This document shows, one piece after another, positions 52,925 through 61,545 of a stretch of 61,545 nt of DNA (positions are counted from its first letter, which is position 1; every line of letters begins with the position of its first letter). This stretch comes from a virus (lineage: Duplodnaviria; Caudoviricetes). The position numbers and the translations under genes were made by a program. The notes beneath the pieces were generated by a model that ran no database searches, had not been told where the DNA came from, and saw only the letters and a program-made list of their open reading frames with translations. The stretch is taken from positions 1-61,545 of the IMG/VR virus record IMGVR_UViG_3300035673_000003; one strand, given 5' to 3'.

Positions 52925-53605
52925 ATGGTTGCTACTGTTCTCACGGAAGGCCTCCACGCCGGCGCGTTCATCGTGTCGGAAGCGGAGCAGGGCTTTTATA
53001 CCCGCGACCAGGTTACGGTCGCGCTCTCGCAGACCATCCTTGCCGGTCAAGTCATCGGCAAGATCGCCGTCCCCGCCGGCGTGACCTCCTCGGTTGCGGC
53101 CGATGCGGGCAACACCGGCAACGGCGTGTTCACGCTGGACGCGACCAACCCGGTCGCATCTGGGGCGCAGGACGGCGCATATCGCGTCGTTTGCATCGCC
53201 ATCGCCGCCAACGCGGGCACGTTCGAAGTCCTCGACCCGAAGGGCATCGAGATCGGCCGCGTCCAGGTCGCCGCCACCTTCAACAATCAGATCAAGTTCG
53301 TGATTGCTGACGGTGCAACCGACTTCGCGGTGGGCGATGCCTTCACCGTTCTCGTCGGTCGCGAAACCGGCACCGACGAGCAGGTCGTGGCATGGACCCC
53401 GAGCGCCACCGACGGCTCGCAGAACCCGGCCGGCATCATGTACGGCCCCGTCACCACGGATGGCACCGCAACCAAGTTGGGCACGATTGTCGTGCGCCAC
53501 GCCGAAGTGCGGCTCTCCGATCTGACGTTCGGCGGCTCGCCGACGGCGGCCCAGAAGGCGGCGTGCATCGAGGCGCTGCGTCGGCTCCCCATCATCTGCC
53601 GGTAA
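52925..53605 (+). CDS. Head decoration protein (gpD-like)
   Basis: TRDQVTV...AGQVIGK...ATDGSQNPAGIMY...RHAEV...L. Confidence 0.85.
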   Translation: MVATVLTEGLHAGAFIVSEAEQGFYTRDQVTVALSQTILAGQVIGKIAVPAGVTSSVAADAGNTGNGVFTLDATNPVASGAQDGAYRVVCIAIAANAGTFEVLDPKGIEIGRVQVAATFNNQIKFVIADGATDFAVGDAFTVLVGRETGTDEQVVAWTPSATDGSQNPAGIMYGPVTTDGTATKLGTIVVRHAEVRLSDLTFGGSPTAAQKAACIEALRRLPIICR

Positions 53606-53709
53606 GACCACCAACCACCCGAACCTCCTGCCTACACGGCGGCGCATCCAGCGCCGCCGTTTTCGTTTCAATCCCGCGCTGAGAGCGCAAACCCAAAAAG
53701 GGAAGCACA

Positions 53710-54741
53710 ATGCTTTCGATGAACGTTTTCAAACAGGATGCTTTCAGCGCTATCCAGCTGTCGGCTTCCATCGACCGTCTGGACTATGTCCCGACCTTCC
53801 TCCAGACCCTGCCGGGCATCGTGGAAGTCGAGCCCGTCCGCACCGACGTGATCTGGATCGAAGATCGCGCGACCGGCGCCACCATCCTGCCGTTCTCGCC
53901 CCGCGGCGCTCCTCCGCACCAGACCGGCGGCGACATCCGCAAGGCGCGGTCCTACCCGACGCTGCGCTACGCCGACGCCTCGCGCATCACCGCGAGCGAG
54001 TTGTTCAACATTCGCGGCTGGGGCAGCGAAGTGAACATCAAGACCGTGCAGGAGGAGATTGCGCGCCGTCAGTTCAAGATGAAGCGCAACTTCCAGCTGA
54101 CCAAGGAATTCCACCTGTTCAACCTCATCACGAAGGCTCAGGTCATCGACCCTGCGACCAGCAGCGTGATCCAAGACTGGTCGACCGAATGGGGTCAGAC
54201 GATCCCGACCGCGCTCAACTTCGACCTTTCCAACGCGACGCCGGCCGAAGGCGCGGTGCGTAAGCTCTGCACCCAAATCCGCCGCTCGATCCAGGTCAAC
54301 TTGAAGGGCCTCGCCACGCCGAGCAAGATCGTCGGGCTTTGCGGCGATACCTTCTGGGACAACCTGACCAGCCACCCCGAAGTCGTGAAAACCTTCCTCA
54401 ACTGGTCCGCCGCCGCCGATCTCCGGAACGGCTACGGCAAGGAATGGTCCGCGTTCCGCTACGGCGAGATCGAGTTCGTCAACTATCGTGGCACCGATGA
54501 CGGAACCACGCTCGGCGTCGGCGCGAAAAGCTGCAAGTTTTTCCCCGCTGGCACCGGGATCTTCAAGTGGGCGCTGTCGCCGGGTGAAAAGTTCGAGCAC
54601 CTCGGCACGCTGGGCCAGGATATGTACTCCAACATGGTCGTCGACGATGACCGTGATGCGTGGGCCGACGTCGAAGCCTACTCCTACCCGCTCCCGGTCT
54701 GCACCCAGCCGGCCGCGCTGCATCAGGCGACCACGCCCTAA
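53710..54741 (+). CDS. Major capsid protein (lambda gpE family)
   Basis: FKQDAFSAIQLSASI, LCGDTFWDNLTSHPEV and SYPLPVCTQPAAL. Confidence 0.92.
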   Translation: MLSMNVFKQDAFSAIQLSASIDRLDYVPTFLQTLPGIVEVEPVRTDVIWIEDRATGATILPFSPRGAPPHQTGGDIRKARSYPTLRYADASRITASELFNIRGWGSEVNIKTVQEEIARRQFKMKRNFQLTKEFHLFNLITKAQVIDPATSSVIQDWSTEWGQTIPTALNFDLSNATPAEGAVRKLCTQIRRSIQVNLKGLATPSKIVGLCGDTFWDNLTSHPEVVKTFLNWSAAADLRNGYGKEWSAFRYGEIEFVNYRGTDDGTTLGVGAKSCKFFPAGTGIFKWALSPGEKFEHLGTLGQDMYSNMVVDDDRDAWADVEAYSYPLPVCTQPAALHQATTP

Positions 54742-54779
54742 TAGGGCGCGTGATCTTCTAAGCTGAACGAGGCTCGCCG

Positions 54780-55184
54780 ATGGCCGATCCAAATCCCGCC
54801 CGAACTTCAAAACTCGCGGCGTCGATGAAGAAGGCCTTCGGCGAGCTGTTCGCTCTCTACCCGATGGCTCCACAAGCCGACGTTGACAGCCGGAAGATGC
54901 CGGACGGCTCGCGCGCGGCGATGCTCAGCCTCACCGGAACGTGGGACGGTCCCTCCGACAGTAAGACGCCCAGCACACGCGGCGCGATCACGGACGACGT
55001 TGCCCACAACTGGACGGCCACTTTCCCGGCCGCGACATTCTACGATGCCGATTTGCTCTGGACGCCGCGACGTGGCGACAAGCTCGTCCGCAGGCTCGAC
55101 GGTGCGACGTTCGAAGTGATCGCGCCATTTCCTGACGGCCTCGGCAAAACGATGCTGCAGCTCTCCAACAAGGCGCGATCATGA
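54780..55184 (+). CDS. Head-tail joining protein (FII-like)
   Basis: Position; PRRGDKL...FEV...PDGLG. Confidence 0.65.
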   Translation: MADPNPARTSKLAASMKKAFGELFALYPMAPQADVDSRKMPDGSRAAMLSLTGTWDGPSDSKTPSTRGAITDDVAHNWTATFPAATFYDADLLWTPRRGDKLVRRLDGATFEVIAPFPDGLGKTMLQLSNKARS

Positions 55185-56119
55185 GCCTCGCCCGAACCGC
55201 GCTGCGCCTGGCCGCTCTCAATGCCTTGAAGGGATCCAGCCCGACCGCTGGCCCGACCATTGCCTGCAATCGCTTCTATGACAGCCGCATAAGCGACTTT
55301 TCGCCGGAGACCTATCCGGATGATGCGAAGCCGACCGTGATCGTTCTCACAGACGAGGACGACGGCGATGCGCTTTCCGAACAGAATGGCGGTCCGCCGT
55401 TCCGTCGCAAGATCAAGCTCGTTTTCGAATTCGCGATGGTGCAGGGCTTCGATGTTGATGTCGCCCACGGCGGCACGGAGTTTGTGCCTGGCTACCCCGC
55501 GACCGACGCCGAGCACGAGGCTTCGCTCGACCTCCTCGAATTCCAAATCATGAGGCGGCTCGCCTACGATCCGGCACCGGGATCCGTTCTGTTTCGCAAC
55601 ATCACCCGCTCATGGAAGCACGATTGCCATCGGCAAGTGCTGGACGAAACCGGCGTCAAGATCGCGGCTCGCGTGCTGACGCTGGAAACCGAAGTCACCG
55701 ACGATCAGGTCAAGGTCTACCGGACCACCGAGACCCTGCCCACAGGCCTTGATGTTCTGCCGGAGCCACTTCGAACCGTCGCAAAAAGCCTCCCGGTTGG
55801 ATCGAATGGACGGGCGATCTGCACGGCGATCGCTGCGGCGCTTGCGCCGCTCACCGTTGGCCCCTTCGCGGGCATGGATACGACGATCACGGATGCCGAC
55901 AACGACACCGACGTCTCGGACAGAATTTTTGGCGCAATCAATCTGTTGCCGCCAACGACGACATACACGCCAGGAATGGACTTCCGCGATGCGCGGAACA
56001 GCCAATACCTCGCCCTGATCGGGGCTGGTCGCGTTGTTTTGCCCAACGCCCCCTATGGCGTTTTGAATTTCTCGATAGCAGCCAACAGCGGCCTTCTTGC
56101 CGCAATCGGAGAGGCATAG
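55181..56119 (+). CDS. Tail completion/terminator protein with C-terminal extension
   Basis: MSLARTALRLAA..AL...YDSR...P.VIVLTDED; ATGA-coupled. Confidence 0.65.
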   Translation: MSLARTALRLAALNALKGSSPTAGPTIACNRFYDSRISDFSPETYPDDAKPTVIVLTDEDDGDALSEQNGGPPFRRKIKLVFEFAMVQGFDVDVAHGGTEFVPGYPATDAEHEASLDLLEFQIMRRLAYDPAPGSVLFRNITRSWKHDCHRQVLDETGVKIAARVLTLETEVTDDQVKVYRTTETLPTGLDVLPEPLRTVAKSLPVGSNGRAICTAIAAALAPLTVGPFAGMDTTITDADNDTDVSDRIFGAINLLPPTTTYTPGMDFRDARNSQYLALIGAGRVVLPNAPYGVLNFSIAANSGLLAAIGEA

Positions 56120-56123
56120 GACC

Positions 56124-56798
56124 ATGACAATTCAAGTTATCGACGCAAACGGCGTCAAGCAGACGATCACGACGCTGGATGACTTGATCTCTATCGTCGC
56201 TCTGGCGGCGAAGCAGGACGCCGGCAACACGTCACTGACCGCGATCCTTGCCAAAATCTCAGCTGATCCGGCAACGCAGACCACCATGGCGGCGGTCTTG
56301 GCGAAGCTCTCGTCGGACCCCGCGTCGCAAACCACGTTGGCGCAGATACATGCCGACTTGCAGCAAAATCACACCGACGAGTTGACACTACACGCCGACA
56401 TTGCGACGACCCTCCACGGCGATCTCGTAGCTCTGAATGCCGGGACGAAGGATGCCGGCCCGGCTTGGGCGAGCGTCTGGGGCGTCGGCGGGGTGCCTTT
56501 CGCAAGCGCCGATCAACATGCGGCTGTAGCGAGTGTGACCGATGCGCCGACTGTCGGGCAAAAACTTGTGATCGACGACCTGATTGTGTCCGTCGACACG
56601 GCCATGTCGGTCACGTTCAAGGAAGAAACGACGGGCAATGTCGTTTTTGGCCCGTGGTACCTGCCGGCGAACAGCGGTCCCATTCAATTCACGCCGCGCG
56701 GCAAGAAGAAGATGGGGACCGCAGACAAGAAGCTTCAGGTCATCACGAGCGTCGCCGGGAACGTCACGGTTCAGGCCGGCTATCACAGCGAGGCTTGA
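56124..56798 (+). CDS. Putative neck appendage protein with short helical repeats
   Basis: LTAILAKISADPATQTT/MAAVLAKLSSDPASQTT repeats followed by a beta-rich C-terminus. Confidence 0.55.
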   Translation: MTIQVIDANGVKQTITTLDDLISIVALAAKQDAGNTSLTAILAKISADPATQTTMAAVLAKLSSDPASQTTLAQIHADLQQNHTDELTLHADIATTLHGDLVALNAGTKDAGPAWASVWGVGGVPFASADQHAAVASVTDAPTVGQKLVIDDLIVSVDTAMSVTFKEETTGNVVFGPWYLPANSGPIQFTPRGKKKMGTADKKLQVITSVAGNVTVQAGYHSEA

Positions 56799-56801
56799 TC
56801 G

Positions 56802-58544
56802 ATGTATCCGCACGCTGCGCGTCCGAAGTCACGCATGAACGTTATCGACGGCTATGAAGCATATCTTCGAGCCCTCGGCCCCGCCGGCTTCTGGAAGCTA
56901 GATGAGGCGCCTAGCGCTGCGACCTTCGCAGACAGCAGCGGCAACGGCTTAACGGCGACAGGTTCAGGTTTATATCTTTCGGGTCTCGATGCGGTCGTTC
57001 CTAATTCGTCGGCTAAGTCATCGGTTCATTGGGCTGGTCTAGGTCAGGCGGCAGTTGCTAGTAGCGCGGCTCTTGATATGTCGTCTGTTTCAGCCTTTTC
57101 GTTCGTCACTACATTTTCCTTTCCCCGCGGTTCGCCGACGTCCTTTCTTTACTCCAAATGCACGACAACTGGCGCGGGCCATTACCTCATCACGTACAGC
57201 GGCATCTTTGAAATTGGGCTAGTTCAAGACGGGGGCAATTTTGCGAAGTGGACCTTTCCAGTCCCGACGACTGGAATTAAGCATCTTGTAATTTCCTTCG
57301 GTGGCAATCTTGCAACGCGGCCGCAGGTTTGGATCAACAACGTCTTGCAGACGCTTTCCGGAAGCCCGACCGGCAGTCCGACGACCTTCACAAACTCAAG
57401 TGTGTTTCGTCTCGGCGGTCGTTCTGATGGTCTTCAATGGAACGGCTTCATGCAGAACGCCGCCTTTTTCAATCGTGCTCTTACATCGACGGAAGCGACA
57501 AATCTCTGGACAAAACACCAAATCGTTGATCGCTCGAATGCGGCCCCGTTCTTATATCTCAACGATGGCGGCAGCACGGATATAGGCGACTTCGGTGCGC
57601 TTGCTTATGTCATCCACAAGCATCGGATGGGTCAAATTAATCTGTTGGGCTGCATGGTCGATGCAGGAGATGACATCACGGCGCCGGCCACGCGCGCGGT
57701 TCTCGACTACTACGGGCTGACCGGCATTCCAGTCGGTGCTTACAAAGGATCGGACATCCACGTCGGCGGAACGACAGGAACACCGGCGAGGATTGTCAGG
57801 GACGCTTTCCGGCCGGGCGATACGCGCAGCAACGCCATCTATAACGATCCTGTCACCTTTTATAATGCCCTGCTGCCGGGGCAAGCTAACGGGTCAGTGA
57901 CCACAAGTGCAGGCGGATTTTTGAAGTCGGTCGCGGACTATCTCAATTCGTCCAATGCGAACAAAGCCGTCTGGAATTCGAAGATCAAGCTGTTCGAAAT
58001 CACTGCGGGGCAATTTCCAAACTCATCCACCGGGGCAACCCCGCCCGGGAACTTCCCAGCATCAGGCCCCGGCGATTGGAATATTGGTGGCTCAGAGACG
58101 GGGGGCCCCAACGGTCCTGTCGAAGCACTCGCCGCGGTGAATATCATTTCTCTTTCGACGGTTCCGCATGTGTGGGGCGGGGACGAGATTTGCGGCAACG
58201 TCAATGGAGCAGCGTCTCTTATTGAAAGCGGGTTGCCTACGGATTGGACTAACTCGAACCCCTTACATCTTGGGTTTCCGACCGTTCGCACGGCCTGGGA
58301 TGTGCTCGGAACGGCTCTCGCCTACCAGACTGCAAAGTACGGCGTGAGCAACCAGTTGTTTTCGCAAGTGGCAATCAATGCGCCAGTGATCGACACGGCA
58401 CAGGCGACCGCCGGGCAAAACACGTCAACGGCGGGCTCCAGCAACAATGTCTATACGACGCCCAAAACAGGTGCCTTTAGCATCACTCAATGGCGCGCGT
58501 TGATGGCAAGCATCTTTGATGCTCAAGTTCCAGCGGTCAGTTAG
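56802..58544 (+). CDS. LamG/concanavalin-like domain fused to nucleoside-hydrolase-like domain
   Basis: GFWKLDEA...DSSGNG...AFFNRALTSTE (LamG); DIGDFGAL...INLLG...YYG...IPVG...GQFP...WNI...AWD (IU-NH-like). Confidence 0.7.
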   Translation: MYPHAARPKSRMNVIDGYEAYLRALGPAGFWKLDEAPSAATFADSSGNGLTATGSGLYLSGLDAVVPNSSAKSSVHWAGLGQAAVASSAALDMSSVSAFSFVTTFSFPRGSPTSFLYSKCTTTGAGHYLITYSGIFEIGLVQDGGNFAKWTFPVPTTGIKHLVISFGGNLATRPQVWINNVLQTLSGSPTGSPTTFTNSSVFRLGGRSDGLQWNGFMQNAAFFNRALTSTEATNLWTKHQIVDRSNAAPFLYLNDGGSTDIGDFGALAYVIHKHRMGQINLLGCMVDAGDDITAPATRAVLDYYGLTGIPVGAYKGSDIHVGGTTGTPARIVRDAFRPGDTRSNAIYNDPVTFYNALLPGQANGSVTTSAGGFLKSVADYLNSSNANKAVWNSKIKLFEITAGQFPNSSTGATPPGNFPASGPGDWNIGGSETGGPNGPVEALAAVNIISLSTVPHVWGGDEICGNVNGAASLIESGLPTDWTNSNPLHLGFPTVRTAWDVLGTALAYQTAKYGVSNQLFSQVAINAPVIDTAQATAGQNTSTAGSSNNVYTTPKTGAFSITQWRALMASIFDAQVPAVS

Positions 58545-58610
58545 CCCCGGACAATTCGTCGACATCAACTTGTTCCGCAGCTAAGCCGCCTTACACAAGG
58601 AAACCCCAGA

Positions 58611-58874
58611 ATGTCTGTGATTTACGTCAAGCCGTCCCCGGGCGGCCGCGTCCGTATGCCTGATCGCGACTTCCGGCCGATGCCGGAGGAGGGTGCTTAC
58701 GTTCCGCGCAACGACTACTACGAGCGCCTCATCATCGGCGGCGATCTAGTCATCACCGATCCGCCCGCCATTGAAGCGGCCGTGCCGTCCTCGATGCCGG
58801 CGAACTACACCGCCGCCGATCATCCCGTGGGCGACTACACGTCCGCGACACTCCCGCCCGTCAACAAAATCTAA
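58611..58874 (+). CDS. Mu gp38/DUF2635-like protein
   Basis: IYVKPSPGGRVRMPD...MPEEGAYVPRNDYYERLI..GD. Confidence 0.85.
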   Translation: MSVIYVKPSPGGRVRMPDRDFRPMPEEGAYVPRNDYYERLIIGGDLVITDPPAIEAAVPSSMPANYTAADHPVGDYTSATLPPVNKI

Positions 58875-58914
58875 CGCAACGCCCGCTTCGGCGGCCTCAC
58901 AGGAGAACTAAGCG

Positions 58915-60423
58915 ATGCCCGTTGCCTTCAACTCTATTCCCTCGAACCTTCGCGTTCCGCTGTTCTATGCGGAAGTGAACGCCGGGCAGTCGCCGTATCA
59001 GGGGCCGTCGCGCACCCTGCTCATTGGTCAAAAGACCTCTGACGGAAGCGCGCCCGCCAACTCGCCCATCATTCTGAGTGGCGATCCGCAGCCGCTCGTC
59101 GGCGTCGGTTCGATGCTCTCCGAGATGGCGATCTGGGCGCGGCAGAACAATCCGTTCGGCGAAATCTGGATGCTCCCGCTCACCGATCCGGGTGGCGTGG
59201 CACAGACGTTCACCATCACCGTAGCGTCAGGCATCGCCGGTCTCAGCGGTTCGGCCTCCGTCTATGTCGGCGGCGAGAAAGTCACCGTCGGCGTGGCTCC
59301 GACCGACACCACCACCAACATCGCTGCGAACCTCGCGGCTGCGATCAACGCCGGTTATTACAAGTTCGGCCGGCTGATCTCGTTCCCCGTCATCGCGGCG
59401 GCGGCGACCAACGTTGTCACGTGCACCGCGCGCCACATCGGCGCTCTGTTCACCAAGTTTTCCATCGTGACCAACCTGGTGGGCGACGAAGGCCCGCTCG
59501 CGCAGTATCTCACCGTAGCGTCCGGCGTGACCGGCACCGGCGTCCCGGCGCTCGGGGCTGGCCTCGCCTCGCTCGGCGATGCGGCATTCGATTACATCGC
59601 CTCGCCCTACAGCGACACCACGTCGCTCGACACGCTCAAGACCTTCCTTGACGGCGTATCCGGTCGCTGGTCTCCGATCCAGCAAATCTACGGCCACTAC
59701 CTCACTGTCCAGTTCGACACGTTCGCCAACCTCGCGAGCTTCGGCAGCGGTCGCAACGATCCGAACGTCTCGATCTTGGGCGTTGCCGAGAGCCCGTCTC
59801 CTCCGTGGCGCTGGACCGCTGCGTATGCCTCGCGCATCGCGGGAGACAAGAACCTCGGCGGTGAAGTCGATCAGGCCTACCGGATCAGCGTGCCGGTGCA
59901 GACGCTCGACCTGATCGGGATCCGTCCTCCGCAGGCGCGCGTGAATTGGTTCAACATCACCCAGCGCAATACGCTGTATCAGGACGGCATCGCAGGCTTC
60001 ACCGTCGCGATGGACGGCACCGTCATGCTCGACCGTGTTGTGACCACCTATCGGCTCAATGCTGGCGGCCAGCCGGACATCACCTGGCTGGACATCGAGA
60101 CCCGGCTGCAGATGGTCTATTTCGTCCGCTACATGAAGCAGCGGATCACCCAGAAGTATGGTCGCTGCGCGCTTGCCGACGACAATCCGACCGGCCAGCC
60201 CGCCATCGTCACGCCGAAAATCCTCAAGGCCGAGTGCATTCACATTTACTCGGAGCTGGAGGCGGGCGGCCTGGTCGAGAACTCGGACCTGTTCGCGAAG
60301 TCGCTCGTGGTCGAGAGGTCGACGGATCCGAACCGCGTCAACGCCTATCTGCCGGTCGATGTGGTGAACCAGTTCCGCGTGTTCGCCGCCAACGCGACCA
60401 CCTTCCTGCAGTACCCGGCTTAA
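58915..60423 (+). CDS. Tail sheath protein (Mu gpL-like)
   Basis: FNSIPSNLRVPLFYAE...VTTY..N..G.PD...VTPKILKAE...PNRVN..LP.DVVNQFRVFA. Confidence 0.95.
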   Translation: MPVAFNSIPSNLRVPLFYAEVNAGQSPYQGPSRTLLIGQKTSDGSAPANSPIILSGDPQPLVGVGSMLSEMAIWARQNNPFGEIWMLPLTDPGGVAQTFTITVASGIAGLSGSASVYVGGEKVTVGVAPTDTTTNIAANLAAAINAGYYKFGRLISFPVIAAAATNVVTCTARHIGALFTKFSIVTNLVGDEGPLAQYLTVASGVTGTGVPALGAGLASLGDAAFDYIASPYSDTTSLDTLKTFLDGVSGRWSPIQQIYGHYLTVQFDTFANLASFGSGRNDPNVSILGVAESPSPPWRWTAAYASRIAGDKNLGGEVDQAYRISVPVQTLDLIGIRPPQARVNWFNITQRNTLYQDGIAGFTVAMDGTVMLDRVVTTYRLNAGGQPDITWLDIETRLQMVYFVRYMKQRITQKYGRCALADDNPTGQPAIVTPKILKAECIHIYSELEAGGLVENSDLFAKSLVVERSTDPNRVNAYLPVDVVNQFRVFAANATTFLQYPA

Positions 60424-60489
60424 TCCATCGGCGCGGCTTCGGCCGCGCCTTTTCCCGTTTCATTCTGATCCAATCGAAAGGCCCGCACC

Positions 60490-60876
60490 ATGCACACTTC
60501 AGGCGGTCGCGTATCCGTGACCATCAACGGCATCAACTACTCCGCGCGCGGCGTCATCAAGCTGATGCCGTCGAATATGTCGGTCGCGTCCGGCGTCAAC
60601 CAAGACGGCAGCTTGTTCCGCACCGTGGCACCGAAGGCGCGCACCGCTGAACTCACCTTCGACCGCTTCGTGGACGTCAACGGCGACCAGCTCACGTGGG
60701 ACGAAACGGTCCTGAGCGCGGTCAACTTCGGCTGCACGTTCATCGAGCAGGACACCAACCGCACTCATCTGTTGAGCGGCGCGTTTTTCGTCGGCGATCC
60801 GAACATGGACACGTCGACCGGCGAAGTCGACGGCATCAGCATCGCCGCCGATAGTTACAAGTCCATCAAGAGCTAA
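60490..60876 (+). CDS. Tail tube protein
   Basis: Follows the sheath; size and beta composition fit a Mu gpM-like tube. Confidence 0.8.
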   Translation: MHTSGGRVSVTINGINYSARGVIKLMPSNMSVASGVNQDGSLFRTVAPKARTAELTFDRFVDVNGDQLTWDETVLSAVNFGCTFIEQDTNRTHLLSGAFFVGDPNMDTSTGEVDGISIAADSYKSIKS

Positions 60877-60907
60877 GGCTCTTTAATCATCGAGGAGGGG
60901 AACTACC

Positions 60908-61219
60908 GTGAGCGTCACCATTAAATTGACTACACCAATCGAAGGGCCGGACGGTCCGATCAGCGAAGTCGTTATGCGCGAACCCAAATTTGCGGAAGTG
61001 ATGCTTCTGGGTGAGCCGGTCGCGTTCGCCCGAAGCGACGGCGGCATGGTCTATCAGGCCGACAACGACGACGTGATCCGCGGCTACATCGAGCGGCTCG
61101 TCGAGAAGCCGGCCGATCGCGCGTTGCTGAACCAGTGCTCGTTGACCGACACTCTAAAACTCCGCGAGGCGGTGTTCGGTTTTTTTCGGGCCGCCCGAAA
61201 GGCGATCTCGGGCGATTAG
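60908..61219 (+). CDS. Tail assembly chaperone
   Basis: IKLTTPIE...EVVMREP...D...L.EAVFGFF; between tube and tape measure. Confidence 0.85.
   Translation: MSVTIKLTTPIEGPDGPISEVVMREPKFAEVMLLGEPVAFARSDGGMVYQADNDDVIRGYIERLVEKPADRALLNQCSLTDTLKLREAVFGFFRAARKAISGD
61180..61186 (+). other. -1 programmed frameshift site (T TTT TTT) extending the chaperone to 61374
   Basis: GGT TTT TTT in frame; the -1 frame is open to 61374 and encodes the P2 gpE'-like DRLVFEL...LTIAALDYW. Confidence 0.8.
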
Positions 61220-61385
61220 TCGACCGGCTCGTTTTCGAACTCCGGTGCCTAAGCCTCTGGGAAGCGGAGCAGCTCACCATCGCGGCGCTTGATTATTGGG
61301 AAGCTCGTCTCGACCAGCGAGCCTCCACTGCGGCTCGCAAGGTCCGCCTGGCGCCTCCACCCTCCAGCCGTTGAGGCGCTCCTGA

Positions 61386-61545
61386 ATGTCCAAGATCATC
61401 GAAGCAAAAGCCGTCATTTCGGCCGCCGACAAAACCGGCAACGTCTTTGACGCCATCGCCAAGAAGTTCAAGGGCATCGAGAAAGCGGGCAAATCGCTGG
61501 AGGGCATCAAGGCCCCGAAGTTTACCGGCGATATGTTCAAGGAGC
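61386..61545 (+). CDS. Tail tape measure protein, N-terminal part (runs off the window end)
   Basis: MSKIIEAKAVISAADKTGNVFDAIAKKF; GAGG RBS; typical TMP start. Confidence 0.85.
   Translation, partial: MSKIIEAKAVISAADKTGNVFDAIAKKFKGIEKAGKSLEGIKAPKFTGDMFKE

Larger units (their letters stand above)
1..61545. mobile_element. Temperate phage genome (lambda-like head, Mu-like contractile tail), excised/circularly permuted form
   Basis: Head, tail, lysis, integration, immunity and replication modules are all present. The tail operon runs off the right end and resumes at base 1. attP is internal, and no host housekeeping genes are visible. Confidence 0.95.

Noticed and set aside
48179-60243. Long antisense ORFs over the head and sheath genes (48179..49702, 51517..52905, 53668..54873, 59227..60243)
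   Set aside because: Same high-GC shadow-ORF artefact.

Overview
The window is a near-complete, circularly permuted, excised (attP-containing) genome of a temperate alphaproteobacterial phage, probably from a high-GC Hyphomicrobiales-type host; no host genes are visible. It combines a lambda-like head module (terminase, portal, S49 protease/scaffold, decoration protein, capsid; 47.1-55.2 kb) with a Mu-like contractile tail (58.6-61.5 kb, continuing at 1-10 kb; the tape-measure gene is split by the window ends). Next come lysis genes (10.1-13.7 kb), attP/int/xis and a leftward SSB-RecT-YqaJ operon (13.9-21.4 kb), a cI/cro switch (21.4-22.7 kb), an early rightward operon (GapR-like, RuvC-like, GcrA-like, helicase, J-domain, MazG-like, Lar-like; 22.5-32.1 kb) and a ParA-like/ParB-like/ABC-GNAT module (34.6-37.3 kb). 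The most notable signals are: (1) a 9.3-kb minus-strand cassette operon (37.6-47.0 kb) with a CI-type operator over its promoter, a ~430-nt structured boxA-like leader, ten copies of an AAAGGAGATCA leader motif and recurrent hairpins, encoding a Ycf46-type AAA ATPase three-gene module, three ParB/Srx-domain proteins and an ASCH protein; (2) an attP carrying the 5' half of tRNA-Leu(UAA), which implies a promoter swap with the host rare-codon tRNA on integration; (3) a near-perfect chromosomal parS site alongside GapR- and GcrA-like genes; (4) two helically phased GGTGCA iteron arrays 10.5 kb apart; (5) a LamG plus nucleoside-hydrolase-like gene in the neck region. All family calls come from reading motifs by eye; no searches were run.
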